From Pseudodesulfovibrio piezophilus C1TLV30 (GTDB lineage: Bacteria > Desulfobacterota > Desulfovibrionia > Desulfovibrionales > Desulfovibrionaceae): a stretch of 32,000 nt of DNA. The stretch is taken from contig NC_020409.1 of NCBI RefSeq assembly GCF_000341895.1, positions 2,580,001-2,612,000 of the forward strand, given 5' to 3'. The position numbers and the translations under genes are program-made. Positions within the stretch are counted from its first letter, which is position 1, and each line of letters begins with the position of its first letter. Below are positions 1 through 9,512 of this stretch, one piece after another. The notes below the pieces were generated by a model. That model did no database searches and was not told where the DNA came from. It saw only the letters and a program-made list of their open reading frames with translations.

Positions 1-1
1 C

Positions 2-1051
2 ATGGTTAACCCCGATTCCATGCAGGATTTTTATGAGCAGGTCCGTGAGCAGGGAGAAGTCAAACGGTTTGAGGCAGAGTATTACCGTCGTGACGGGAAG
101 ACCATATGGGGGTCTCTCAATGCGCGTGCCATCTATGACGAATCGGGTGAGTTGGTCTTTATTGAAGGTATTCTCGAAGACATTACGGACCGTAAGAAGG
201 CTGAACACGATCTGGCAGATCTCAATAGGCACTTGGAGCAGTTAATCCGGGAACGAACTGAAGATCTGGTCAATAAAGCGCGTGAACTGGAAGAGGCAAA
301 CCAGCGATTACGGGAACTGGATGAGATGAAATCCGCATTTCTTTCATCGGTTTCACATGAATTACGGACCCCGCTTACCTCTATTCTCGGGTTTTCCAAA
401 TTGTTGCATAAAGAGTTCGCCAAAAATTATCTGCCGCTTGCTGGCGAAAATATCCCGTTATTGAAAAAAGGTGAACGTATTCAGGAGAACCTGGCGATCA
501 TCAGTCATGAAGGGGCCAGGCTTACTCGGCTCATCAATGACGTCCTTGATCTGAACAAGATCGAGTCAGGGAGTATGGGCTGGCGCGATGAAAGACTGGA
601 TATGAATGAGACCATTGATATGGCTGTTCAGGCAGTTTCCGGTATGTTTACCCACAGTTCTGAAATAGAACTGCTGACTGAGATTGAGCAGGGACTTCCT
701 GCAGTGGAGGCCGATTCTGATCGCCTGCAACAGGTACTGATCAATTTATTGAATAATGCCGCGAAGTTTACAGAAGAGGGAAGCGTTGTTGTGCGTGCGT
801 TTCCCCGGTTCGGGCAGGTTCGTATCGAGGTTGCTGATACCGGGCTCGGTATTCCTCCGGAAGACCAGACACAAATTTTCGAAAAATTTCACCAGACCCG
901 TTCTGATACCATGGAAGACAAACCCAGGGGCACTGGCTTGGGGCTGACAATCTGCCGCGAAATTGTTGAGCATTATGGTGGCAGGATATGGGTCGAATCT
1001 GAAAGGGATAAAGGATCAACCTTTATCTTCACCCTCCCTACGGTTCAGTAA
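2..1051 (+). CDS. Sensor histidine kinase, C-terminal portion (PAS, coiled coil, HisKA, HATPase_c); 5' end lies outside the window
   Basis: The ORF is open from the window edge. It has a PAS-like segment (GKTIWGSLNARAIYDESGELVFIEGILEDITDRKKAE), the H-box SHELRTPLTSILGF, the N-box LINLLNNAAKFT, and G-boxes DTGLGI and GTGLGLTICREIV. Confidence 0.9.
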   Translation: MVNPDSMQDFYEQVREQGEVKRFEAEYYRRDGKTIWGSLNARAIYDESGELVFIEGILEDITDRKKAEHDLADLNRHLEQLIRERTEDLVNKARELEEANQRLRELDEMKSAFLSSVSHELRTPLTSILGFSKLLHKEFAKNYLPLAGENIPLLKKGERIQENLAIISHEGARLTRLINDVLDLNKIESGSMGWRDERLDMNETIDMAVQAVSGMFTHSSEIELLTEIEQGLPAVEADSDRLQQVLINLLNNAAKFTEEGSVVVRAFPRFGQVRIEVADTGLGIPPEDQTQIFEKFHQTRSDTMEDKPRGTGLGLTICREIVEHYGGRIWVESERDKGSTFIFTLPTVQ

Positions 1052-1165
1052 CCTCTACTGGCTGCTGATACTTCTCAACCCGAACATTCCGCTGGGTGCT
1101 CAAGGGAGCGTGCCCCTCTCTTTCAGATATCTTCTGTCCGGGGGGGAGCTTCTTTCAAGAATGAG

Positions 1166-3655
1166 CTAGCCTTTCTTACCGGTTCCTGAGCATCGGCGGA
1201 CGGCCTGTGCCATGGTTTGTCGTGGCGATGAGTCGTCAAAGTTGGCTCGCTGCCAGATAAGTTCTTCTGCCTTTTCTTTCGACAGAGGCTTGTGGAAATA
1301 GAACCCTTGGACGCTTTGGCAGTTGAGGTCTATCAGTGAACAAAGCTGTTCCTCTTCCTCCACACCTTCGGCAATGACGTCGAGGTCCAGAGAATGAGCA
1401 AGAGCGATAACAGCCTTGACGATTTCCATGTTTTCAGGGTCGGACTTCATACGCGAGATGAACGATCGATCAACCTTGAGCGTGTCCACCGGCAGTTGTT
1501 GCAGTTGCGAGAGTGATGAGTAACCGGTCCCAAAGTCGTCAATGGAGAAGTGCACCCCCTGCTTACGGAGCCGTTCAAGGATGCGTACGGCAGCTTCCGG
1601 GTTCTCGAGGATCGTGGATTCCGTGATTTCGAGCTTGAGAGCCTCGGGCGGGAGGTTGGCATCATGGAGAGCCTTCATGACGATCTTGTCCAGCTCCAGG
1701 CGGGCGAATTGTTTGCTGGAGATATTGACAGAGATGAAAAGTCCCGTTGCTCCGATGGATGCTTTGCGCCAGTCCGCCAGTGTTTTTATGGAGGTGCGCA
1801 GGACCCATTCTCCCAAGGGAAGAATCATTCCTGATTCTTCGGCCATGGGAATGAATTCCGATGGGGATATGGCTCCCCGAATCGGATGGTTCCAGCGGGC
1901 AAGTGCCTCGAAGCCCATAAGATCCTCTCCCCGCAAATCCATGATCGGCTGGAAGACAACAAAAAATTCTCCGGATTCCAGGCCGCGCCGCATATCATTT
2001 TCCAAGGTGAGCAACTCCACCGCACTTTCGAGCATCCGGTTGGTAAAGACCTTGAAACGATTGCGCCCTGCCTCCTTGGCCCGGTGCATGGCTATGTTGG
2101 CTCGTTGCAGCACATCGGAGGCCTTGGCATCCCCTGTCGGGCTGAGGACGATACCCAGGCTGGCAGTGGTCTGGACCTGCGTTTCGTTGAGCATGAATGG
2201 TTGAGCGATAGCCCTGCGTATCCGTTTGATGATGCGTATCGCTTCGCCGGGACTGGACAGCTCATCCAGCAGAAGGACAAATTCATCGCCGCCAAAGCGG
2301 GAAACCGTATCCAACGTGCGAATATGCTCGGAAAGACGCTTGGCTGTCTCTATCAGCACGAGGTCGCCGAAACGATGTCCCAAGGAATCATTGATGACCT
2401 TAAAGCGATCCAGATCAAGGAAAACAACGGCAAAATACGCTTCATCTCTGCGTCTCGTTCGGCGTATGGCCTGACTGATGCGGTCGAGGCACAAGGTCCG
2501 GTTGGAGAGTCCCGTCAATGGGTCGTGCAGAGCCTGATGGCGAAGTTTGACTTCCATCTCCTTGCGATCAGTGATGTTCCTCAGGCTAACCCGAATACCC
2601 AGTGGTTTCATACCGATACCGGATACTGACCGGCCCACGGCATTGAGCCATCGGATTTCGCCCAGCGGCGTGATGATGCGAAAATCCAGCGAGCTTCCTT
2701 CTTCCTTATTTGCCTCGATCAGGTAGGCCTGCCAGATGTCAAGATCATCTTTGACAATGATTTCTTCTATGAGTTCAGGAGATTCAAAGAAACGTTCAGG
2801 AGGATAGCCGGTGATCCGTTCACAGGACGGAGAGCAGTAAAGAACTTCTCCACTCATGCCTATCCACAACTCCCAGTCATATGCGAAGTCGGCAATGGTT
2901 CTATATCGTTCTTCTCCCAGTTGGAGCGCGCTGATAAGGCGTTCTCGCTGACTCATGGCCCGGACTTTCTTCTTTTCCGTCAAAGCGGACTCACGCAGGA
3001 TATAGGCTTGCATGCCAGCCATGAGGATGAGAATAACCAGAAAAATGGAGGCGACCATATTTCTGTATTCCCGAATTTGGGAGTTGACCTCATCAATGTA
3101 GAAGCCGGTGCCAACCACCCAGCCCCATGGCTTAAACTCCCGGACAAAGGAGAGTTTCTTGCCTATCCTCTCCGGTCGATCTTTCCATTGCCAGAAGTAG
3201 TCGATGAAACCGTATCCGTGATCGCTGACCAGTCTGATGAACTCAAGGAAAAGGGCTTTTCCCTCTCGGTCTTTGACTGCGGCGACATTCTTCCCCTCCA
3301 GATCGGGACGGTAGGGATGCATGATCATAAATCCGGAAATATCATTGATCCAGAAATAATCCTTGGCTTGCGGGCCGTATCGCAGGGAACGGATAATCTC
3401 CTTGCCCATGTCCTGGGCTTCCTCTTTGGAAAGCTCTCCTTTTATGACCCGCGCATCGAGATGAGCAAGGGTGGAAATAACCGAACTGGTTAGTTCGAAG
3501 ATCGTTTCTTTCTTATAAGAGAGCAGCGTGTGTTGAATGGAAGGAAGAAGATAAATGAAGACGGAACCCGCAAAGAGTAAGGTCATGATGACCGTGGGCA
3601 GCACGATACGAAAAGGCGTGAAGGTGATGAGTCGGGCTATGCGATTCGCAGTCAT
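1166..3655 (-). CDS. Membrane sensor with Cache_2-like periplasmic domain, PAS, GGDEF and EAL domains (bifunctional diguanylate cyclase/phosphodiesterase architecture)
   Basis: An 875-aa ORF runs to 3793. I prefer the ATG at 3655 (MTANRIARL, followed by a TM helix) because 3793 would overlap the upstream gene by 44 nt. Supporting motifs are the Cache-type YFWINDISGFMIMHPYRPDLEGKN, GGDEF (SRFGGDEFVLLLD) with an RxxD I-site (RTLD) 5 aa upstream, and EAL motifs (GFEALARW, DDFGTGYSSL, KVDRSF, EGVE). Confidence 0.9.
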   Translation of the reverse strand: MTANRIARLITFTPFRIVLPTVIMTLLFAGSVFIYLLPSIQHTLLSYKKETIFELTSSVISTLAHLDARVIKGELSKEEAQDMGKEIIRSLRYGPQAKDYFWINDISGFMIMHPYRPDLEGKNVAAVKDREGKALFLEFIRLVSDHGYGFIDYFWQWKDRPERIGKKLSFVREFKPWGWVVGTGFYIDEVNSQIREYRNMVASIFLVILILMAGMQAYILRESALTEKKKVRAMSQRERLISALQLGEERYRTIADFAYDWELWIGMSGEVLYCSPSCERITGYPPERFFESPELIEEIIVKDDLDIWQAYLIEANKEEGSSLDFRIITPLGEIRWLNAVGRSVSGIGMKPLGIRVSLRNITDRKEMEVKLRHQALHDPLTGLSNRTLCLDRISQAIRRTRRRDEAYFAVVFLDLDRFKVINDSLGHRFGDLVLIETAKRLSEHIRTLDTVSRFGGDEFVLLLDELSSPGEAIRIIKRIRRAIAQPFMLNETQVQTTASLGIVLSPTGDAKASDVLQRANIAMHRAKEAGRNRFKVFTNRMLESAVELLTLENDMRRGLESGEFFVVFQPIMDLRGEDLMGFEALARWNHPIRGAISPSEFIPMAEESGMILPLGEWVLRTSIKTLADWRKASIGATGLFISVNISSKQFARLELDKIVMKALHDANLPPEALKLEITESTILENPEAAVRILERLRKQGVHFSIDDFGTGYSSLSQLQQLPVDTLKVDRSFISRMKSDPENMEIVKAVIALAHSLDLDVIAEGVEEEEQLCSLIDLNCQSVQGFYFHKPLSKEKAEELIWQRANFDDSSPRQTMAQAVRRCSGTGKKG

Positions 3656-3749
3656 GATCCTGTCCGAGGCTGAGACGATAAGACTCCAGTAGTCATACGA
3701 TACTACGCATGAATCGGACAAAAGTGAAGTCTGATATGCAGGGTATGCC

Positions 3750-6700
3750 TCATGCCTTGACCACCCGGTTCCGCCCGGATTCCTTGGCTTCATAGAGGGC
3801 TTTATCTGCCTGTTTTAGCAGTGATTTGATTGTGTTGAGGCCGGAACTCAATGTGGAGACTCCAATGCTGACTGTAACGTTGAGTACTTCCTCTCCTTCC
3901 TGTATTGAATTTTCTTCAATGGCGTGGCGAAGTCGTTCCGCAACATCCATGGCTGCATTTTCATCGGTTTCGGGCAGAAGGACGCCGAATTCTTCGCCCC
4001 CAAGCCTTCCCAGAATATCCGCATTGCGTAGAGCGGTTTCCGAGATGTCAGCCATAAAGCGAAGCACTTTGTCTCCCACATCATGTCCGTAGTCATCATT
4101 GATGCGTTTGAAATGGTCGATATCGAGCATGAATATGGAAAGGGGCCGTCGGTATCTGATCGCATGAGACAATTCTTGTTCGGACAACTCCATGAACCGC
4201 CTTCTATTGTTCAATCCGGTCAAGCCATCCGTGGTTGCCAGTTGTCTGAGCTTCGCCTCTGTGGCCTTTTGTTCGGTTATGTCGCGGATGGTGGCCACCG
4301 CGTACCATGACTCTCCCAGTCGGAAGCTCGAAATGGATCGCTCCACCGGGAATTGCAGACCGTCCTTGTGCAATCCCATGTGTTCGGTCACGATGCCTAT
4401 GGCTGGGCCTTTTCCTGTGAGTGGGAACCCTCGCATGCCTTTCTTCGATTTTTCCCGTTCATCCGGGGATGCAATCAAATCATGGACATCACGACCTATG
4501 GCCTCTCTCTCCGTATAGCCAAAGAGACGTTCGGCCGCGTCATTCCAGAATGAGATATGGCCTTGGTTGTCAATCATGATTATCGCGTCATAAGCGGATT
4601 CTGCCAGCGCGCGGAGCTTCCTTTCGCTCGCTTTGATCGCTTGTTCCGCTTCCTTGCGGTCCGTGACATTCATGGCCGCGCCACGGAAACCGCTGAATTC
4701 TCCGGCTGTATCATAATACGGGGTGCCACTGGCCTGAAGCCAGATCATCCCACCTTGTTTGGTGATGAGACGTGCTTCGATATTAGAGAATTGTTCTGGT
4801 TTTTCGTAAAGGCCTCTTCTCCAGAATTTGAAGTCTTCCAGGTCTTCCTGTGGCAGGAATTCCTGAACCATATGGCCGAGAAGTTCTCCACTGGAATAAC
4901 CGAGAACCAGGGAAACATCGTCAGTGATGAAGGAAAATTCACCATGCTTGTTTGTTTCCCAAATAAATTCCCCCACGGCCTCACTGACATCGCGGAACCG
5001 TTGCTCCGATTGCATCAGGGCAGCCTCGGCAAGCCGTTGTTCGGTCACATCCCGTGTAAAAAGAGCGATTCTGTCTACGACTCCGTCCGCTGCTTTGACC
5101 GGGTAAACATTGATATGCAATTTCCGGTTGCCTTGAGATTCTTCAAAGTTCAAGGGGGAACCTGATTCTCGGACCTTGATGATTTTATCTTTGTGGGTCT
5201 CTGAAAAATCGGGAGACAACAGGTTAAAAGCACTTTTCCCGATCAGATTCTGGGGTGTTCCGCCAAGTTCCTGTGCACCGACTTTGTTGATGGCGACAAT
5301 GGTCCCATTGGGTTTCAGGAGCATGGCGCTGTCTGCCGGGGCATTGATCAAGGCACGACTGGTCTCTTCGCTCCGCTTGAGCTTTTGTTCATCACGAAGC
5401 CGTTGCGTCATATCCCGGATAGTCCCGACCGCATGCCATTTTCCTTTGAAATCAAAAGCTGCAACGGCCAACTCCACGGGAATCGTGATGCCACCTTTTG
5501 CCAGGGCTTCCAATTGAATGACTTTCCCTATTAGTTTTCCCGTTCCCGTTCGGCGAAACTCTTCCAAACCTTTTTCGGCAATGTGTCGCATCTTCAGGGG
5601 AGCCAAAAGCGTGTGAAGATTGCTCCCCATGACTTCGTGGGCTTCATATCCAAACAGTTTTTCTGCCGCCGGATTCCAATGGATGATCGTTCCAACACCG
5701 TCAATCATGGCAATGGCATCGTGTGAGGACTGACTAATAGCCATGGTCCTCTCTTCATTTTCTCTGAGATTCGCCTTTACTTCTGCCTGGATGATCTTGT
5801 TTTGGGAATGGTACCAGCATCCCAAACCCACCAGGAAAAAAGTCAAGATGGTGAGCATAATGAACAGATTTATCCAGGGAACATTCAGGTCTTGCCTGGG
5901 CACCCAGGTCATGATCTTCCATCCGCCGTTGACTGCTTCTTGGGAAACCGGCGTTTTCGATATAATAGAGCGGGGATTGATTTGGGTGGAAGCAAAGGTG
6001 ACCAGCCCCTTTGGCGTAATGACATGCCCCTGGTCTTGATTGGTTATGGTTTGCCATGCCTCGGGGAATTGTCTGGACATGGATGGACCATCTGTCTTGT
6101 TTAGAAGATGCCCCCACTCGTCAGCAGAGTTCAGACCAAGTATCCAGTATCCATCAGAGGTGCAGAGCATGGGCTTTCCCTCTCTGTTCCCAGCCTGCAT
6201 TCGTATCTGGTTCAGGAGAGAGTCCCCTTCGAAATTCATGATCACGATACCCCGTTTACGTCCGTTGGCATCGATGACAGGGCACCCGAAGCGCAGAGTC
6301 GGGCGAAATGGAGTTTCGATCTTTCCATGTTCGATATTGAGATCGAAATCAGAAATATACACATCATCTTCCCCGGCCTGCATTGTATCCCTGACGTAAT
6401 ATCGATTTCCTTTCTGCTGGAGAATGGAGGAGGGGCTGACAACCGGACCGGCAAACGATCGATCGACACGAATCTGTTCTGTTCCGGTTTCATCCAGGAA
6501 GCGGAGAATGAAGTAGAGTCTATGCGTCCGTATGAAGTCCGAGAAAGCATCCTCTATGTGTTCAATGGTCTCTTTTTCATCAAAATGTTGCGCAACCAGC
6601 CGGGCCAGGAATTGAGCATCCGAGGTGTGTGTCTTCAGGTCCCGGTCCAGAGTCGTGGAGATGAGGTCTACGAGAAGTTCCTGGCGTTGGAGAACCAATG

Positions 6701-6806
6701 TTTTATGGACGGTATTTCTGGAGGAGAGAAACCAGGCGGCGATAAGGAGTATGCCGATGGCAAACGGCAAGAACAGCTTGGTGAATGCCTTGATTTTTTG
6801 AGTCAT
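3750..6806 (-). CDS. Multi-PAS diguanylate cyclase with large N-terminal periplasmic sensor region (TM, about 300-aa loop, TM, about 4 PAS, GGDEF)
   Basis: The ORF-track start at 6836 is a TTG. The ATG at 6806 gives MTQKIKAFTKLFLPFAIGILLIAAWFL (TM1). The protein has repeated PAS blocks each ending in the DIT/DVT...RK motif, GGEEF (GRLGGEEFGVLLP) with an intact I-site RNAD 5 aa upstream, and the C-terminal ALYEAKESGRNRV. Confidence 0.9.
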   Translation of the reverse strand: MTQKIKAFTKLFLPFAIGILLIAAWFLSSRNTVHKTLVLQRQELLVDLISTTLDRDLKTHTSDAQFLARLVAQHFDEKETIEHIEDAFSDFIRTHRLYFILRFLDETGTEQIRVDRSFAGPVVSPSSILQQKGNRYYVRDTMQAGEDDVYISDFDLNIEHGKIETPFRPTLRFGCPVIDANGRKRGIVIMNFEGDSLLNQIRMQAGNREGKPMLCTSDGYWILGLNSADEWGHLLNKTDGPSMSRQFPEAWQTITNQDQGHVITPKGLVTFASTQINPRSIISKTPVSQEAVNGGWKIMTWVPRQDLNVPWINLFIMLTILTFFLVGLGCWYHSQNKIIQAEVKANLRENEERTMAISQSSHDAIAMIDGVGTIIHWNPAAEKLFGYEAHEVMGSNLHTLLAPLKMRHIAEKGLEEFRRTGTGKLIGKVIQLEALAKGGITIPVELAVAAFDFKGKWHAVGTIRDMTQRLRDEQKLKRSEETSRALINAPADSAMLLKPNGTIVAINKVGAQELGGTPQNLIGKSAFNLLSPDFSETHKDKIIKVRESGSPLNFEESQGNRKLHINVYPVKAADGVVDRIALFTRDVTEQRLAEAALMQSEQRFRDVSEAVGEFIWETNKHGEFSFITDDVSLVLGYSSGELLGHMVQEFLPQEDLEDFKFWRRGLYEKPEQFSNIEARLITKQGGMIWLQASGTPYYDTAGEFSGFRGAAMNVTDRKEAEQAIKASERKLRALAESAYDAIIMIDNQGHISFWNDAAERLFGYTEREAIGRDVHDLIASPDEREKSKKGMRGFPLTGKGPAIGIVTEHMGLHKDGLQFPVERSISSFRLGESWYAVATIRDITEQKATEAKLRQLATTDGLTGLNNRRRFMELSEQELSHAIRYRRPLSIFMLDIDHFKRINDDYGHDVGDKVLRFMADISETALRNADILGRLGGEEFGVLLPETDENAAMDVAERLRHAIEENSIQEGEEVLNVTVSIGVSTLSSGLNTIKSLLKQADKALYEAKESGRNRVVKA

Positions 6807-6911
6807 GGTACCGTCCGTCCAATTGTAGGAATGCAATGCCTATGACGTTCATAATAAACAGAAAGCGGTATGTACTTCCAGTAGTTTGTCCCGGAAGAGT
6901 ATGAAATTCGA

Positions 6912-7688
6912 TTAATCGCGGAGAATGAAGACGCAGTTTTTGCCTCCGTGCTTGGCTCCTGTGAGCGCCGATTGAAGCCTATGCAGAAATGTTTCCATGG
7001 AATCATTCTGTTTCCCTTGAACAACTCCCAGAGAGAGGCTCATACGTATGGTGCCTCCGAAGAGCTTGTGGCCGACTATCTGGCGCAGTTTCTCTGCGAC
7101 CATAGCCGCTTTGTCCTCGTTGGTATGAGGGGCCAGAATGATAAATTTTCCACCCCGCCAGCGGAAGACATAATCCGAGTTTCGTAATTTGCCGCTGACA
7201 AAAGCGGCAAGGTTGACGAGGAGCTTGTCCCCCATGGAGTAGCCATGGGTTTCATTGATGCCTTTGAAGTTGTCGATGTCGAAAATGATTCCGGTCAGGG
7301 GAGAGCCGTAGCGATTGACATTATCAAGCTCTCGGCGGACCACGGATTCGAACTTGTACCGATTGTAGACTTTTGTCAGGCTGTCATAAACGGCGAGTTG
7401 TTTCAGTTGGTCATTGAGATTTTCCACGGTCTCGGCTTCGGAGCCAAGCAGCGAGATGAATCTGGTAAAGATGAGCAAGGCCTGCGCCGCGAGAACTATA
7501 AATCCTGCTACCATGATCAAATAGACGAAGCGCATGGTGTTTTCCGGATTTTCGGGCGGAGTGACAAGCAGGGTGTATATAACGCCGAAATTGGCGCAGA
7601 GCAGAACCGCGAGCGCGACCACGCTGAGGATGTAAAAGAGCCGATATCTGGCTTTAAGTGTCTTGAGAGGGCGTTTGTCGTGTTGCAT
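6912..7688 (-). CDS. Two-TM membrane protein with degenerate GGDEF domain (signature RGGKF), probably not a cyclase
   Basis: The 258-aa ORF starts on ATG. It has two hydrophobic helices (residues about 17-40 and 54-76). The GGDEF-domain framework is present (YDSLTKVYNRYKF, FDIDNFKGINETHGYSMGD, ALTGAKHGGKNC). The signature is RGGKF (7143..7157) instead of GG[DE]EF, with RNSD at the I-site position. Confidence 0.85.
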   Translation of the reverse strand: MQHDKRPLKTLKARYRLFYILSVVALAVLLCANFGVIYTLLVTPPENPENTMRFVYLIMVAGFIVLAAQALLIFTRFISLLGSEAETVENLNDQLKQLAVYDSLTKVYNRYKFESVVRRELDNVNRYGSPLTGIIFDIDNFKGINETHGYSMGDKLLVNLAAFVSGKLRNSDYVFRWRGGKFIILAPHTNEDKAAMVAEKLRQIVGHKLFGGTIRMSLSLGVVQGKQNDSMETFLHRLQSALTGAKHGGKNCVFILRD

Positions 7689-7723
7689 GAGATCCTGCGT
7701 CTTCAGCTCGTGTTATTTTCGGT

Positions 7724-8182
7724 CTAGTCCAGGGAGCCTTCATAGGTGTAATAAAGGGCGCCGGTCTTGGCTTTGTCGTCAAAGGTTATTTCCACGGAAA
7801 AATCCGGCCACATCCAGCCATAGCGGGAACCGACCCCTCGGCCTCTGCCGTACATGGAAAGCAGACGGTCCTTGATCAGGAAATGGTTGGCTCTGCCGGA
7901 GAAGGCGACTCCGACCCTATAGAGTTTGTCTTCACGAAAATAATAGGCCACTGAGATCAGTTCGGCATCACCGAAAGTTAATTTTTCATTTTTCTTGAAG
8001 TAGCTGTTTTTGAAACCACTTTCCTGAATCGGCAAAAGATCGGGGAGGTCTGCGAGGGGAGTCCTCCAAGCCATGCCACGAAAGGTGTCAGGGTGCTTGG
8101 CAGTAGTAAAGTCCGAAGCTCCGGCGGCTGTTGCAAGAGTCAGTAGGAAAATCAGAGGGAGAATTAGACGTGTTTTTTTCAT
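7724..8182 (-). CDS. Exported hypothetical protein (Sec signal peptide), function unknown
   Basis: The ORF extends to 8329, but the internal ATG at 8182 gives MKKTRLILPLIFLLTLATAAGASD, a typical signal peptide. The stop lies 35 nt upstream of the degenerate GGDEF gene on the same strand. I recognise no family motif. Confidence 0.6.
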   Translation of the reverse strand: MKKTRLILPLIFLLTLATAAGASDFTTAKHPDTFRGMAWRTPLADLPDLLPIQESGFKNSYFKKNEKLTFGDAELISVAYYFREDKLYRVGVAFSGRANHFLIKDRLLSMYGRGRGVGSRYGWMWPDFSVEITFDDKAKTGALYYTYEGSLD

Positions 8183-8332
8183 GGGTTGTATCTCTTTCTC
8201 AGGTGTATTTGACTGTTCAGGCAGTATAAACCTTGCGCATTGTACGGACTTGTCTTGTAAAATCAAGGCGTGGCCGGGAGTGTCAAAGTGTATGGATTGT
8301 CCCGTATGGGAGTCTATGATAAGAGGCATGGC

Positions 8333-8800
8333 ATGAATAAAAATACCATCTCCAGTCTTTTTACGGCAGGGGCAGTCATTGTGCTTTTGAGTCTGTCAGG
8401 GTGCGCTTCCCAGCCGCCCTCCGAGGCCAAAGGGTCTGACTCCAGACGGCTGACAGCCCTTGAGACTGAGGTCGGCTCGCTGCGTGTGGAAGCCAAGGCT
8501 CGAGAGGCTGCCTTACGTGAGGAGTTGGCGAGTATCAGGGAGAATCTGGCAGCTGTACGGGATTTGATAAAAGTGGAGCAGGCTCGTGCCAAGGGACTGA
8601 CTCCTGTTGACCCCGATGCAGAGGCCAAGGCCGAATCCAAGACCATGAACAGAGAATTGGACAAGAAGGCCAAGAATTTTGTGAGTGAAAATCTGGATCG
8701 CCTGCTTGATATTACCGGCAAGTTGCTTGACAAGATGGAAAAGGAAATTGATGAAAAAATGCAGAAGAAGGCCCCGGAACCGGATGGGGATCAAATCTGA
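8333..8800 (+). CDS. Lipoprotein with coiled-coil / charged C-terminal region, function unknown
   Basis: The ATG at 8333 gives MNKNTISSLFTAGAVIVLLSLSGC, with a lipobox (LSGC). Heptad-like E/K/A/L-rich sequence follows. The ORF-track start at 8270 looks like an over-extension. Confidence 0.65.
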   Translation: MNKNTISSLFTAGAVIVLLSLSGCASQPPSEAKGSDSRRLTALETEVGSLRVEAKAREAALREELASIRENLAAVRDLIKVEQARAKGLTPVDPDAEAKAESKTMNRELDKKAKNFVSENLDRLLDITGKLLDKMEKEIDEKMQKKAPEPDGDQI

Positions 8801-8812
8801 CGGAGATCATAG

Positions 8813-9373
8813 ATGAAATTGATGAAGACAGCCTTGTCTCTTGGAATACTGCTGCTCATGCTCTCGCTTGGTTACGGCTGTAATCGGGATAATGCCATTA
8901 AACTGACTTACGCTCTCGGCCCCCAGCAGGTGAGCTGTCCTGGCTCGGTTGTGATTTTCAAGTTTGAGGATAAGCGGTCCGATGTCCGGCTGGGAAGAAA
9001 TAACGATGGAACGGCCATCGCCTCTCTATCCGATGTTTCCGACTGGGTTGGATGGGCGCTTTTTGACGAACTCAAGGCTGCGGGATGTGACGTGAAGTAC
9101 CGCACGACCACAGTTGCTCCGGGGGAGACTCCGTTGGTTTCCGGTGAAGTGCTTGATGTCTCCCTCAACCAGACCGGGACCACAACTTTTGTTGGCAAGA
9201 TCACGGTCAAGGTCATGGTTCACAAGGGCGGTAAAACTGTTCATGTCGAAAAGTTTACCAGTGAAGTGCAGGATGTCGTTGTCCCCGGTTATGGGACACA
9301 GGGCGATATCATGGCGGAAGCCTTGCGTGGATTGATGAGTGAAATAGTTCCTGCTGTCTGCAAAAGCATTTAG
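8813..9373 (+). CDS. Lipoprotein, beta-rich, possibly YajG-like; function unknown
   Basis: A GGAGA SD lies 6 nt before the ATG. The signal peptide and lipobox read MKLMKTALSLGILLLMLSLGYGC. The gene lies 12 nt after the preceding lipoprotein gene, so the two are probably an operon. The YajG-like resemblance is only my impression of the pattern. Confidence 0.65.
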   Translation: MKLMKTALSLGILLLMLSLGYGCNRDNAIKLTYALGPQQVSCPGSVVIFKFEDKRSDVRLGRNNDGTAIASLSDVSDWVGWALFDELKAAGCDVKYRTTTVAPGETPLVSGEVLDVSLNQTGTTTFVGKITVKVMVHKGGKTVHVEKFTSEVQDVVVPGYGTQGDIMAEALRGLMSEIVPAVCKSI

Positions 9374-9512
9374 TCTTTTCCCTCTCGTGTCTTAGCGTAT
9401 CGCCCCTCTTTCGGGTGGGGTGATGCTTGGCGTGGCATTGCGAATAATACAGCATAGAATCATTTCCGTGTCTGGACCGGATGTGTTTCGACTGGTGTGA
9501 CCAAAAGAAAAA

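Noticed and set aside
9427-9442. A sigma-54-like TTGGCGTGGCATTGCG upstream of the nitroreductase gene.
   Set aside because: The GG-to-GC spacing is one nucleotide short (N9 instead of N10). The sigma-54 spacing is essentially invariant.
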